A stretch of DNA of 57,403 bases from Chara braunii (taxonomy: Eukaryota > Plantae > Charophyceae), in the NCBI GenBank assembly GCA_003427395.1, contig BFEA01000011.1, forward strand, positions 414,626-472,028, read 5' to 3'. The translations under genes were made by a program, and so were the position numbers. The notes beneath the pieces were generated by a model. That model searched no databases. It was not told the origin of the DNA and saw only the letters and a list, made by a program, of their open reading frames with translations. How positions within the stretch are numbered: the stretch's first letter is position 1; every line of letters starts with the position of its first letter. Positions 36,882 through 49,900 of this stretch are shown here, in pieces.

Positions 36882-36958
36882 AGTAGCGTGAGGCCAGCCG
36901 TGGAGTTGGAGACTTACCTGTTGTTGGCCGGTGCGTTGCTCATCCTATCGATGGAAAA

Positions 36959-36992
<34 letters not shown>

Positions 36993-37448
36993 GACACACA
37001 CACAGACACACACACACACAAAGTGTGGCAGTGTATATTTCCATGTTGTAGCGGAATATTGATTCAACTTTGCTCATCCTATCGATGGAAGTAGCGTGAG
37101 GCCAGCAGTGGGGTTNNNNNNNNNNNNNNNNNNNNNNNNNNNNNNNNNNNNNNNNNNNNNNNNNNNNNNNNNNNNNNNNNNNNNNNNNNNNNNNNNNNNN
37201 NNNNNNNNNNNNNNNNNNNNNNNNNNNNNNNNNNNNNNNNNNNNNNNNNNNNNTTTGGAGTGTATAGAGAATATGACAACACACACACGTGCACACACAC
37301 ACAAACAACTGTGGCAGTGTATATTTCCATGTTCTAGCGGTAGATTCATTCGATTTTGCTCATCCTATCGATGGAAGTAGCGTGAGGCCAGCCTTGGGGT
37401 TAGAGAATTACCTGTTGGCCGGTGTGCTGCTCATCCTATCGATGGAAA

Positions 37449-37479
<31 letters not shown>

Positions 37480-37494
37480 GTCTCTCTCTCTCTC

Positions 37495-37547
<53 letters not shown>

Positions 37548-37664
37548 AAAAAAAAAAGATTCATTCGATTTTGCTCATCCTATTGATGGATGTAGCGTGA
37601 GGCCAGCTGTGGGGTTGGAGACTTATCTGCTGGCCGGTGCATTGCTCATCCTATCGATGGAAAA

Positions 37665-37714
<50 letters not shown>

Positions 37715-37760
37715 TGCACACACACACACACAAACACACACACAAACACACACACACACA
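36882..37760. repeat. Satellite with ~210-bp units containing (CT)n(CA)n
   Basis: gtagcgtgaggccagc recurs at ~36882, 37091, 37377 and 37592, and gctcatcctatcgatgga is repeated. A gap lies at 37116-37253. Confidence 0.88.
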
Positions 37761-37761
37761 C

Positions 37762-38258
37762 TGGGGCATACTGCGCATCCACACGGGCCTGCAGGGCCTG
37801 ACCAGACGGAAAATAAGGGCCGTCCAGGCCCTGTGTCGTTTCAGCCTAAAGGCCTGAAAAGGAGGGCCATTTTCAGGCCCTCATAAAGTCGACCTGCCCT
37901 GAAACTCAGGCGCCAGACCAGGGTTTAGCACAGGGCATTCTTGGGCATGTTTCAAGACAACCTTTGTTTGAACTTCAACGCGTCTGGCACAATTCGGCAT
38001 GGGAAGGCAGTTCACGGGGAGTGCATAGGCAGCACTTCACGGGCCGTTCAGGAGGCAGTCTTCAGGATTCGGCCGCAGCACTCTGGAGGAGCGCTGCAGC
38101 ACTAGGTGTAGTCTTCAGCGCTGGGCGCTGTAGGAGCTTAGAGTAGCGGTGAGGGAGAGTTGGCGGAAGCCAGGGGGACTTACCTGTGGCGCCATAGCTC
38201 CCGCTTCGTCTTCGATGTACCTGCAATAAGGCGCCACCTTCACAAGTTCGTACTTGGT

Positions 38259-38320
<62 letters not shown>

Positions 38321-38359
38321 CTTCACCCTTTCATTACCTGACTTCTCAGCACCTACGGA

Positions 38360-38419
<60 letters not shown>

Positions 38420-41380
38420 ACATTGGGCAAGGGATTATTGGGACCTGTACAGAAGACTTGGTGTTGACGACATTCCCATCTTCCCCCTCTTCTTCGTCTG
38501 ATCCCCCTCTTCGTTTGTGTATGGTTGGGGAGTGGCGCATTCTTCCTGTGTGAGCGCCAGGCCCCTTCACACCATCTGATGATGATAATGTATGTTCGGT
38601 CTGCAGTGCGACATTGATTGGTCTGATCATTGGTATTTTAGCCTTTCGCTGCGCTATCCTGTACTATGTGAGAGAGGTCGGTTCTTGTTCTGGTCTGTAA
38701 AGTACGGTATGCAACAGTTTGGTATCGGAGTGGACCTCTCAATCAGAGGATCCGCGCAATCAAGGAGCCAGCTTGCTGGATTGATTGATTGTTGAATGAT
38801 TGATTGATTGATTGATTGTTTATTAGTGAATCAAGTAGGGCTTCGTCAAATCTCTGCAAAAAAAAAAACTTGGAGATTAGCATTTCGTTTTTTTTTTATT
38901 TGACCATGGGCATATTAGGGAACTAGGGAGGTCGTCATATTCTCAGGCTGGTTCTATTCTTCTGTGAAAGTGGAACCTCCATTCTATTTCGCACAATTTT
39001 TTTTTTCAAGATCGCATTTCTTTTTGAAAGCCGAAACTTTGTGAAAATTTGCGTCGATCTCATTCATAGCACTCCTCTGTAATGCCTCACTGATAGCAGA
39101 TCGATAGATATTCAAAAAAAAAAAGAAAAAAAAAAAAGGGGGGGTTGATCCGCTTCTTTATTTTTTTCTTTTATTTTATTCTGTTGATTAGGATCGGAAT
39201 GGAAAGTGCAGTTTTGTTACCTTCCTGCGTTTCCCTCCCACCCAGCCCCTTCTTTGCATTCCCGGTTTGGTAAGTGCCATGTCAGCAGCAATGCCACATC
39301 AGCAGTGCCATGTCAGCAGTGCCATGACAGCAGTGCCATGTCAGTAGCAGTGCTGCATCAGCAGTGCCATGTCAGCAACAGTGCCATGTCAGCAGTGCCA
39401 TGTCAGCAGTGCCTTGCCACCATGAGGGTTTCAGTTTTGGGCATGCCAGGCCAACTGGCCAACGAGTCCATTGCCGAGTACCGATAGTGGTTCCAAGCTC
39501 AGCTCGCACTGATCGAGGCTGAGGAACAGTGCCAGGCGGCAGCCGAGGCTGCCCGCCTGCAGGCTTAAGCGGAGGCAGCAGTTGAAAAGCAGCGGCTTCA
39601 GGCCGCAGCTGACGCAGTTGCCCAGGTCCGCCGCAAGGAGAGGCCTAGGATCAACTGCAGCGGCACGAAGCCGCCAGTGTCGACAGGCTCAAGTTATGGC
39701 ATTTTGAACCATCCGAGGACCATGACAACACGACACCGGAAGAGCAGCAGGAGTTTCTCTCCAAACTCGTGACCCGGTTGCAGTCCCAGCTGGTGACTCC
39801 GACGGGCAGTGCGGAACCAGAAGGATCTGCACGAGGATGCTATGCGGGTACACCATTCTTGTGTACAGGACTTGGAGCAAGCAGCACCAGGACCAAATGT
39901 TGCCGAACCCAGCAGTGCAGCTTCAACCTGCCAATTGGAGCAACGAGTTTATCATGTAGTTGCAATGCTCGGCGACATAAGCACCTTCGCCGCACCAGCC
40001 ACCATGAGCGAGCAACTCGACACCTTGAAGACCGAGGTTCGGCAACCTTACCAGCCGCTCGACAACGATGGCAGCACCAGTGCATTGCGGGCATACAAAA
40101 TGTCGACGTTCCAGATCGAGAAGTTTGATGACTATACGCATCAGGACCCAGTCGTCTGGTGGCAAGGCTTTACAACGGAGATTGGGATTCATGAGGTCCC
40201 GAATCACTTGTACATCTCGGTGGTGTTTCTCAACGCCAAGGGCGATGCCAGATCTGGCTTAGCCACATGGCAATCACTTGTACATCTCGGCGGTGTTCCT
40301 CAACGCCAAGGGCGATGCCAGATCTGGCTCAGCCACATGGCAACCATCCACGACGTCCAGGTCTCCGACCTGCATAAGAAGATCTCTTGGGACGATATGA
40401 AGCGATTCATTGTGGACGACGCCCCGACGCTCGCCATCAACCGCCTCTTCGCCATGACTCAAGGCAAACACCGACCCGCGATTGGCTCATCGAATGGCAG
40501 AAGATCGTGGCAACACCCGATCTTGAGCTGCCATTTTTGCATTTGCTCCGGGAGTTCTACAACCGGTCGTGTGCCGCCTTGTGCCTCGCACTCGGTGATC
40601 GAGAACAATACACGACCTTCGTCGACGTGAGATAAGGCTCCTGAGATCATCAAGACCAACCGGGCTGCTGCACACGAGAAGTCAGCGTGGCAGCCAGCCC
40701 ATGTGGAGAAAGGAATATTTGGTCCTCGTTCGCAGCAAGTCGCTGCAGTCCAACCGGACAACATTGTGGAAGACCCGACAGCCACACCAGCATCACATGA
40801 GGATGATCAGGTGGCCGCTGTCCAGCCACGAAGCTAATAACTCCCATGGAAAAGGGAAGGCAAAAACTACATTGTCGATCGGAAATGGACAGCCAGTACC
40901 ATGGGTCAAGTTCAACTTGACCGAGGCCGAATACAAGTACCGCAGCCGATACGGTTGCTGTTATTGATGCAACAGCACCAAGCACAAGACCTCCCAATAC
41001 CAAGATCAAGGCAAGGGGGATGTTCGACCTCGAATCAGCTCGGGAAACAGAGTTGCGTGGGAGGTAAGGCGACTCCACTTCTCAATCCGCTAAATTTGGT
41101 CGCCTTGCTAGCGGCCTCCTACACATCTGGGGAGCATGTGAATGTCGCGAGTCCTCGGTTCACTTACGTGGATTACCCTATCCACTTGGTCTCACCGTTG
41201 GACCAGCCACTCCACATGCAACAATCCACCACATGCACGGTTTCACCACCATCGGCAACCGATTCGGCCGCTTCACCGCCAACTTTCACCGCGGATTCGA
41301 CGTCATGGTCAAGATTTGAGAGACTCGACCCGTTGGCGTTCGTGGACTTCCAATGGATGCCCCTTCCCCCGACCGGATAA
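37762..41380 (+). mobile_element. Ty3/Gypsy element B, 5' part: LTR 37762-38716, PBS 38720-38730, degenerate gag
   Basis: The LTR ends ...gtatgcaaCA and is followed by TGGTATCGGAG. Gag motifs IEKFDDYTHQDPVVWW and RYGCCY. Confidence 0.85.
39274..39415. repeat. ~14-bp minisatellite (cagcagtgccatgt) in the element B leader
   Basis: Read directly. Confidence 0.85.
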
Positions 41381-44300
41381 ATATTTGTGAGCCTTCCAGG
41401 CTCTCCCAGCAACGTGGTCGAAGTAGGGTACACTGTACGCTTGCACCTGCGCGGTTGGGCACGCCTAACCAATTCGATCCCAGGCCACTTTTTGAACGGG
41501 TTTAGGCGTAGACAATTTGGCCTAATGGGAAGCTACTGAAAACTCAGTCCAGCCAGCCAAACATAGGAAAGTGCTCACCAGCCTTCGGAGGCATTCGACA
41601 CTTGCGTAAGCGAGCGGCAGCGCTGCTGGAGCGCGAGTGCATGGGCTGCCTGCTTAGCGCTAGGGGCAAGTGTGCGTGCGTATGTGGGTGTGCAAGGAGG
41701 GCGCTGCTGAGGGAAGCCCCATAGCCAGCCCTACATAGCCAGGCCTTGGCTTGGATGTGTAGCTGGAGGGGTGGTATGGTCTTCGTGTATAGGAAGAAAA
41801 CCTGGGTGAAGAAGGTGAGGGAGAGAGAGAGATGAGGATGATGATGTGAGAACACATACCTGGTTTTGGCGGTGGTCTACAGGGTGGACGTCTTCATGTA
41901 CTTAGGCTTTTGCTGCTGACGTGAACAGGTTGCATGTCAATTCGTAGGCTGGGTAGTAGTCTGATTCTAGTCTGTGCGCTGATTGGTGGTGGCGAGAGTA
42001 TGCTCTCACTGACATTCGGATTCGGTGCTTTGGTTCTCCACTGGTGGAATATCAGTGCATATCTGTTTTTTGGACAGCGTTTGACTTTTTGGCTTTCAAT
42101 GTGATTTTGCATTTTGGAATTCTGTTATTTCGTTATTGCTCATTTTCCTTGCATAAGGACCATACTTGCGGCGCATCCCGTGCGTGCTGCTCGCGCACAT
42201 GCGGCACACTGCGCAATGCGCATGTGGCGTGTGCACCCGGTGCGCCACATGGGCAAATTTTGGGGTCAGCCAAAAAAGGAAAAAGTTGGGGAGGGGTTGA
42301 ATCGAAGTTCCCACACCCAGCCAAAATTAGGACATTGCCCGCGCAAATTTTGTTCAGGGCCGCCCGACCACAAAACCTGTGTGTGTTGGCACGTTTGCTG
42401 TTCACAACTCCATGCTATCTTTAGTGTATCTGAGCCCTTTCAGAGGTCCAATATGGTCATGATGAGGACTCGTCTATGGAACCCTATGAGGACTCGTCTA
42501 TGGAACCCTTGCTTTCAGCTCACTACTTCCGGGTATAGAAAACTGCAAGGACGATGAGCAATAGGGAACTTCAGCAATCAAACAACATCATACACATGAG
42601 ACGAGATAGTCGTGACCTCGAACCAAAAGCAGAATTGCATCACGAGTTTCACCAAATAAGAGCACACCAAAAGCTGATAATTGATAATGTTGGAATACTC
42701 TCATCATCATCAATCGAAGAACCAACCTATCTGGCGCTCGACGCCCAAACTACGAATGGCAGATCCTATCTCGCCCAGACTACAATGCCGATGATGACTT
42801 CAACAACTTCCCAAGTACGAGCAGACCTCGGCCAATGTCGCATGCGTCAAGCACCAGGTGTGTCTCTCGTATCACTCAACCTCGTTCCCCAACTCACAGG
42901 TGCCACTTGCACCCAAGGACCACCATGCGCCCCATCCAGCGTACAGCAGCGCAACTTGGCAATGGCTGCCTGCTCCTTCCAGCTCGCCCGTGAGCGAGTG
43001 AGCCTCGCAGGCGATAGCGCAGCGGCGCTTGCGCACAAAGCAGCCAGTGCCTGAATGTCCAATGCGTAGGCTGGCCCTTTCCTAAATGGAAGTGGCCAGC
43101 CTACTTGCGTGCAGGCTGGCTGCGCTTGGTCCCTGTCCAGAAGCTTTCGGTAGGCCCAGGGAGGCTGAGCCTCAGACCAAACGAATCAGGCCTAGGGCCA
43201 TCGACAATTACCCGTGCCCAACTGCCCGTTGTCTGAGTTGGGCCTACGCTGCGTATGTCGCCTGGGGCCTGACTTAGATAAAGTCGGTAAGGAGGCCAGG
43301 GCATGGGCGCCTTCAACCAACTGGCGGTGCGCAACTGCCTGAATTTTCCCCAGTTGCGAAGTATTCAAAAATAGGCCTCTTGTCGTGTGTCGGACCTGCC
43401 TTCACTTAGGCTGGCCGACCTGTTGCAAATAGGGGCTTTGTAGGGCTTATCGAGGCCTATGCCTCGCATTCCCTCCTCCATACTTCGCTAGTCCTCTGAG
43501 AAGTTCAATCTTCGATAATTTGACGCTTTCCTTTTTGCAGAGACTTCTCATAGTGCGCGACAACGTGTGGAGCGGCATCAGTTCCTCCCTTGTGAATCCT
43601 CCCTTGGATCAGTGATGGTTGAACCAAACTCGGTACTGCAGCTTCGGTTTTGGAGGATGCCCCCGGCCTGTTGGTCTTGGAATTGACATCTCCCTGTGAT
43701 CAACGATGTTGTCGATGTCGACCTCTCCATGCACGGTTGGGGGCAGCATTGAGCGGCGAGAGGGAAACTGATCAGTTTCTCCGAACGGTGCAAGTTTTGA
43801 GGCGTGAAATATTGGATATGTGCGTAGGTGACCAGGGATGCGAACAACATAAGGAGGACCATCTGGTTCATCCCCAACGACATCTAGAACCTCCCATGGT
43901 CCAAAGTACTATGGCATGAGCTTACAGGATATCCCGTGCTCCTGTCCCAGTTTGGCATCTCTCATCATCGTGGGGCACCAGAACCGTTGCAGCAGATTGG
44001 TTGCAGTCTTCTTGAAGCTAAAATGTCTGGTGGCATCATGACATTTGCCTGAAAATAAACTACGCAAAGACTCCCTATTGGGAACACACAAACGTTTATT
44101 CCCGGCCTTCCCAAGGAACAACAGACCGTTGACCAACTCAAACTCGGGAGAAGTGATTTTGTCCTTCACCTTGAACCTGCGAATGATCTCAGACATGAAG
44201 TGATCCACGCGGTAGGCTTCCACCATAGAGTGAGTAACATCGTCCGCAAGCCCAAACTCAATGATCAGCACTGAAGGAATCTGGTCTACGCGACAGCGCG

Positions 44301-44395
44301 TCAACAACGTTGTTGTACTCGCCCTTGATGTGTTGGTGCGCAAAGGTATACTGCTCTATGACTTCAATCCAACGCTTCAGAGCGTCGGAGAGCAC

Positions 44396-46205
44396 AGGCT
44401 GGGTTTTCATCCACTTGGTGTATAGCCAGAGTTTGGACGAGCATGTGGAGCACTTGCACACCGTTTTGGAACGGCTACGACAAGCCAAGTACAAAGCCAA
44501 CCGCGACAAATGCGAATTCGCTCGGCAAGAGCTCGAGTACTTGGGCCAGTTTGTGGTCCAACCGCTCGCGGTCAAGATCGAGACCATCCGAGTGTGGCCC
44601 GAGCCCACCAACACCATGAAAGTTCGCTCATTCATGGGGTTGGCGGGCTACTACCAACGCTTCATCACCGGGTACTCGAGGATCGCCGCACCATTGACGA
44701 GACTACAATCGCCAAAGGTGCCATTCGTATTGAGCGACGAAGCGCGCCAGTCATTCCAGGCACTTAAGACGGCCATGCTCATGGTTACCCGCCCTTAGCA
44801 TCTACGACCCCACCTTGCCAGTGAGTGACGACTGACGCTTCTGGCTATGGCATTGGGGAAGTCTTGGAACAACACGACGGCGACGACTGGCACCCCGTGG
44901 ACTATTTCAGCCACAAGGTGCCTCCCATCACTTCAGTTGATGATGCAAGGAAGAAGCGTTCGTGATGGCTCTCAAGTGATGGCGACACTTCCTCCTTGGG
45001 CGTCATAGGTTCACATGGGTCACTGATAACAACACGTTGACCTACTACAAGATGCAAGATACATTGAGCAGCACAATGGATGTATTTCATCGACCAATTT
45101 GTGGCCGCTTGCTTTCCCGCCTCCGCCTCGAAGTATAGGGAATTGCTGGCTCAAGACCGTGCGAACATGCAAAAGGCTAAAGTCCGCATGCAGCAGCAAG
45201 CCAACAGGCATCTCGTGCCATGTCCCACTTGCGCCGGCGATCTGGTTTGGGTCTCCGCGGATGAGTTTGCACTCCAACATGATGTTTCACGCAAGCTACT
45301 CCCCAAGTGGTTTGGACCATGGACCGTCCTTTCAGCTACAGTCGACGAGCCCGACGGCCCATCCTTTGTGATCGACATCCCTTCGCATCTGCTGGTCCAT
45401 CCAATCTTTCACGCCTCGAAGCTGGCAACATACACACCAGCTAAGAGCAACGACTTCCCGGGCTGACGATCGCAAGACCTTTCGTTTATGGATGCTCATC
45501 AAGAAGTCGACCTCGTCATCACGGATGGCCAATACGGCAACAAGCCTCGATAGTACAAAGTTACCTTCAAAGCATGCGATCCTGACGACACTCGATGGAT
45601 TTCAAGAGCAGATTTGGAAGCATCCGCACCACTGATCTACGCTCATTACAAACGACAAAGACTAGCTAAGGAAGCTTCACGACCTGCCCCTCCCGCCCCG
45701 GACTTTGGTCCCTCCCTTCGATAAGCAGATTCGCCCTCGCAGGTAAGCTCGGTCTTTCAAGGAGGGGGGGGGTGGCATACTGCACATTCACAGGGGCCTG
45801 CAAGGCCCGACCATACGGAAAATAAGGGCCCTCCAGGCCCTGTGTTGTTTCAGCCTAAAAGCTTGAAATGGAGGGCCATTTTCAGGCCCTCAAAAGTTGA
45901 CCTGCCCTAAACTTAGGCGCGCAGGCCATTTTTGGGCTTGTTTCAAGACAACCTTAGCTTGAACTTACGCGCGTCTGGCACGATTCGGCATGGGCAAGAG
46001 CAGCCTCGCAGACCGAACCAGTACTATATAGTGCTGGTCCACCCTACAGGCTGCAGGCAGTTCACGGGGAGTTCACAGACACTTCACGGGCTGCTTAGGA
46101 GGCAGTCTTCCGGATTCGGCCGCAGCACTCTAGAGGAGCACTGCAGTAGTAGTAGCTAGCGCGAGGTGTAGTCTTCAGCACTGGGCGTTGTAGGAGCTTG
46201 AGTAG

Positions 46206-46248
<43 letters not shown>

Positions 46249-46428
46249 GGCGGAAGCTAGGGAGACTTCCTGTGGCGCCATATTCCTGCCTCGTCTTCGA
46301 TGTACCTACAACAAGGTGCCACCTTCACAGGTTAGTACCTGGTACAAGAGAGAGAGAGTTATTTTTCCTCCAAGTCCACCATCTCTCCCTCACCCTCTCG
46401 CTACCAGACTCCTCAGCACCTACGGACT

Positions 46429-46482
<54 letters not shown>

Positions 46483-46834
46483 CGACCTTGAGATTTGATG
46501 ACATTTGGATTTAGACTCGACATTGAGTTTGAGACATTGGACGAGGGATTTTTTGGGACCTGTACCAAAGACTTGGTGTTGACGACATTCCCATCTTCCC
46601 CCTCTTCTTCGTCTGATACCCCTCCTCTTCGTTTGTGTATGGTTGGGGACTGACGCATTCTTCCTGTGTGAGTGCCAAGCCCTTTCACACCATATGATGA
46701 TGATGATGTATGTTTGGTCTGCAGTGCGACATTGATTGGTCTGATCATTGGTATTTTAGCCTTCCGCCGCGCTATCATGTACTATGTGAGAGAGGTCGGT
46801 TCTTGTTCTGGTCTGTACCGCTCAGTATGCAACA
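44396..46834 (+). mobile_element. Element B-family 3' part: RT/RNase H/integrase-end fragments, chromodomain, PPT, and LTR 45771-46834
   Basis: KCEFARQELEYLG, SFMGLAGYYQRF, TDASGYG, KLLPKWFGPW, chromo-like YKVTFKACDPDDTRWI; PPT aaggaggggggggg. The LTR is homologous to 37762-38716. Confidence 0.87.
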
Positions 46835-46847
46835 CGCACATGCACAC

Positions 46848-46926
46848 GCGCTCACCTTCGCACAATAGGCCAACGAACTCCAACGGTGCGCTGGAGTTTG
46901 TTGGCCTACTGTGTGAAGGTGAGCGC
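46848..46926. other. 35-bp inverted repeat hairpin with a 9-nt loop
   Basis: gcgctcaccttcgcacaataggccaacgaactcca pairs with tggagtttgttggcctactgtgtgaaggtgagcgc, with 3 differences. Confidence 0.9.
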
Positions 46927-49900
46927 ACGAGTGTTTGTGTTCCCAAGGCACTGTCTCAACGTGCTTGGGCGCAAACAGTTTGGCCCAATGGGAAGCTACT
47001 GGCAACTCAGTCCAGCCAGCCAAACGATAGAGGTCGGGCCCCGACAACGGACGCATGCCCGACGTAAGTGAAACCTGTCCGTTTACTCCCATGGGGTGTC
47101 AATTTGAGTCAGGTCCGTCAAAGGGGCAGCAACTATGCTATAATTTTGAACAAAATTGCGGTAGTAGCCTGTCATCCCTAAGGAGGACCTCATCTCAGTC
47201 ACAGATTGAGGACGCGGCCAGTCACGAATGCTGGCCACCTTCGCGTCATCGGGCTTCAAACCCTCTGCGGAAATCTCATGACCCAAGTACAAGATACGGG
47301 TGCGCACAAACTCACACTTCTCCCCGTTTATCTTGAACTTGTGCTGTCGAAGGAGACTGAGGACTTTGTCTAAGCCCTACATGCTCCTCGACAGTCCTAC
47401 TAAAAACAAGTATGTCATCGAGGTACACGATGACAAACTTATCCAAGTAGTCATGAAATATTTGATACATAGCGTGCTGAAAGGTGCTAGGAGCATTGCA
47501 AAGGCCGAAAGGCATCACCACAAACTTGTACAGACCGTACCTAGTTTGAAATGCGGTTTTGTGTTGATCCTCGGGCCGGATTGCAATCTGATGGTACCCG
47601 AACTTCAGATCTATCTTACTGAAGTTCCGACACTCTTGCACTCTATCAAGCAAGTCGTTGATGCGAGGTACGGGCTCTCTATTCTTGATAGTGATGGCAT
47701 TGAGGCCCCTATAGTCAATGCACATCCTAAGTGTGATTGGAGATCCATAAGGAGAAACACTTGGCCGGATCCAACCCTTCTCAACGAGTTCCTTGAGTTG
47801 CCGGCGAAGCTCATCAAGCTCGTTTGGAGACATTCTATAGATCCTACCCTTAGGGATACTAGTCCTTGGGATAATCTATATTGCGTGGACGACGTCCCTC
47901 TCGACAACCCTTGTAGGCTCTTCAAAGAGATCAGGGTACTTGGCAACTACTCCCTCCATCTACGACGACATTTGGCTCGCCTGCTGCAGAGACATAAACT
48001 AGATACATACCCTCCTCCGAATTTTGCTTATAATAATTATAGGATGCGGCCGCGCACATGCATCCGTGGAACTCAATCAGACTACTAGCTTTGAACTTAC
48101 CTAATCCGGCTTTCCCTCCACCTGGCAAAGTGTGTTTGACCACTTTTCAGTCCCAGTCAAATTGGGGCCGTGCCACGGAGAGGTAGTACATGCCTAACAA
48201 GATATCCATTGGGAGATCATCGCTCACTAGGAACGAGACGCGATGTCTCAGTTCCCCTCCCGCGAACGGGAAACAACACTCAACATCCGACTACCATGCG
48301 CTGTTTGTTGGCACAGGTCGACTCCATAGGTCGACTCGGACGATGCACTTGCACCTGCAAATGCAACCTCAACGCACGTGTGACTAATGAAGTTCCGTGT
48401 CGAGCAAGCGCCATAATAGGCCCCGGCCTCGCGGCCGTCGATGACTACCTCGCTGAGGAACATCTCACCCCCAGGGTCTTTATCCAATGCCGTCCAAGAA
48501 GCTAGTGGGTCTGATCTAGACCACTCCTCCTTTAGCTCCTTCAAGGACTCAAACACGTTCCTCGAACAGAGGCTCGACGGGTCCGAATGTGTTTGCGGAA
48601 GGACAATGGAGTCGGTAGCTTGGGCCATCTCTCGAGATTGTGAGGGTGTGTCCACCGCCTCGACCCTAGCAGGAACAACTACTATTCCTACTGAATCGAC
48701 GCGTTTCCCGAAGCAGTGCCAGAACTGCTGGCCACATTGCCACCAACGGGAGCGGAGGACCCCAACGCTTGCCCTATCGTAGGTGGGATCTTCCCGGTCA
48801 CCTTTCAGTTACGACACTTGAATTGGTTATGACCATATTGGCCACAAAGAATCCTGATTAAGACCCGCTTTCTCCCATGGAGGAACATTAGGGTCAACTT
48901 GACTCCTAGATCGGGAATCTCCACGACGTCTACAGGCCGCCTTACCTTTCTGAATTACGGCAGCGACTACTCCACCCCCTGAAGCTTATACGTTGCCTGC
49001 CTCTGAACCCACTCCCGCCTGGAACTCGTCATCCAACTCGATGGTGGATCCATCGTTGTCGACGAACATTATGCGTCCCTTCGCTTTCCAGTTGGGAGGC
49101 AGTGTCTTTTCCCTACCATCCGTCGAGGGCATTTGACCATGCCCTATCTTTTCTTCAAGGTCTAGGGCCTTCTTGCTAAACTAGGGAAAGTTGTGAATGT
49201 TAAAGCTGGCCTCACCTGCCAACTGATTCCTCAGAGGCATAGGAAAGCATCTTATGTAGGAGGTGAGTAAAACCTGGGGGTCATAGCGCACCCCAAGGAC
49301 ACAAATCAGACGCTCTACTGCGTCTGTGGCCTCCCTTACAGACTTAAACTGCCTAGTATGCAGAGTCAAGATCGCATCAGTGACTTTTTGAGCCTCCTGA
49401 GGATCATGCCACCTGTCTTCCACTAACTTTAGGAAGTCATTCAATTTCTGGGTGACCGCCCAAGTGGGGAAGTCATGACCGTATCCTTGCAACTGCACTA
49501 AACCACTCAACCATCTTGCGGCACTCCCCTCTAAATAGGAGGCAGCCACAAGCACTTCCTCGTGCGGCAAGGTAAGTTTACACTTGATACTGGCACTGAC
49601 CTCAACCATGTGTCGAGGTCTTCGCCCCTCTTGTTCCCTGTGAAGGGTTTAGGAGCGGCGATGGTCGTCTTTGGAACCCATTGACTTTGTCCCGGTACTT
49701 GGACCATTCCGGGTTGTGGACTCTATGGTGCAGGCTGCTGCACTAGCTACTGTTGGGGCTGTGTGCCCTGCGGCTGTGCAGGCTGCGAGACAGCAGGCTG
49801 CCCGCTTACAGCAACCTGCGACGGAGGTTGGGAAAACACTGTCTGTACAGAAACCTGTACACTAGGACCTGCTGAGAACCCGCTTGTTAAAGGCATACCC

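Noticed and set aside
47300-48088. 262-aa plus-strand ORF
   Set aside because: Antisense shadow of the element A RT.
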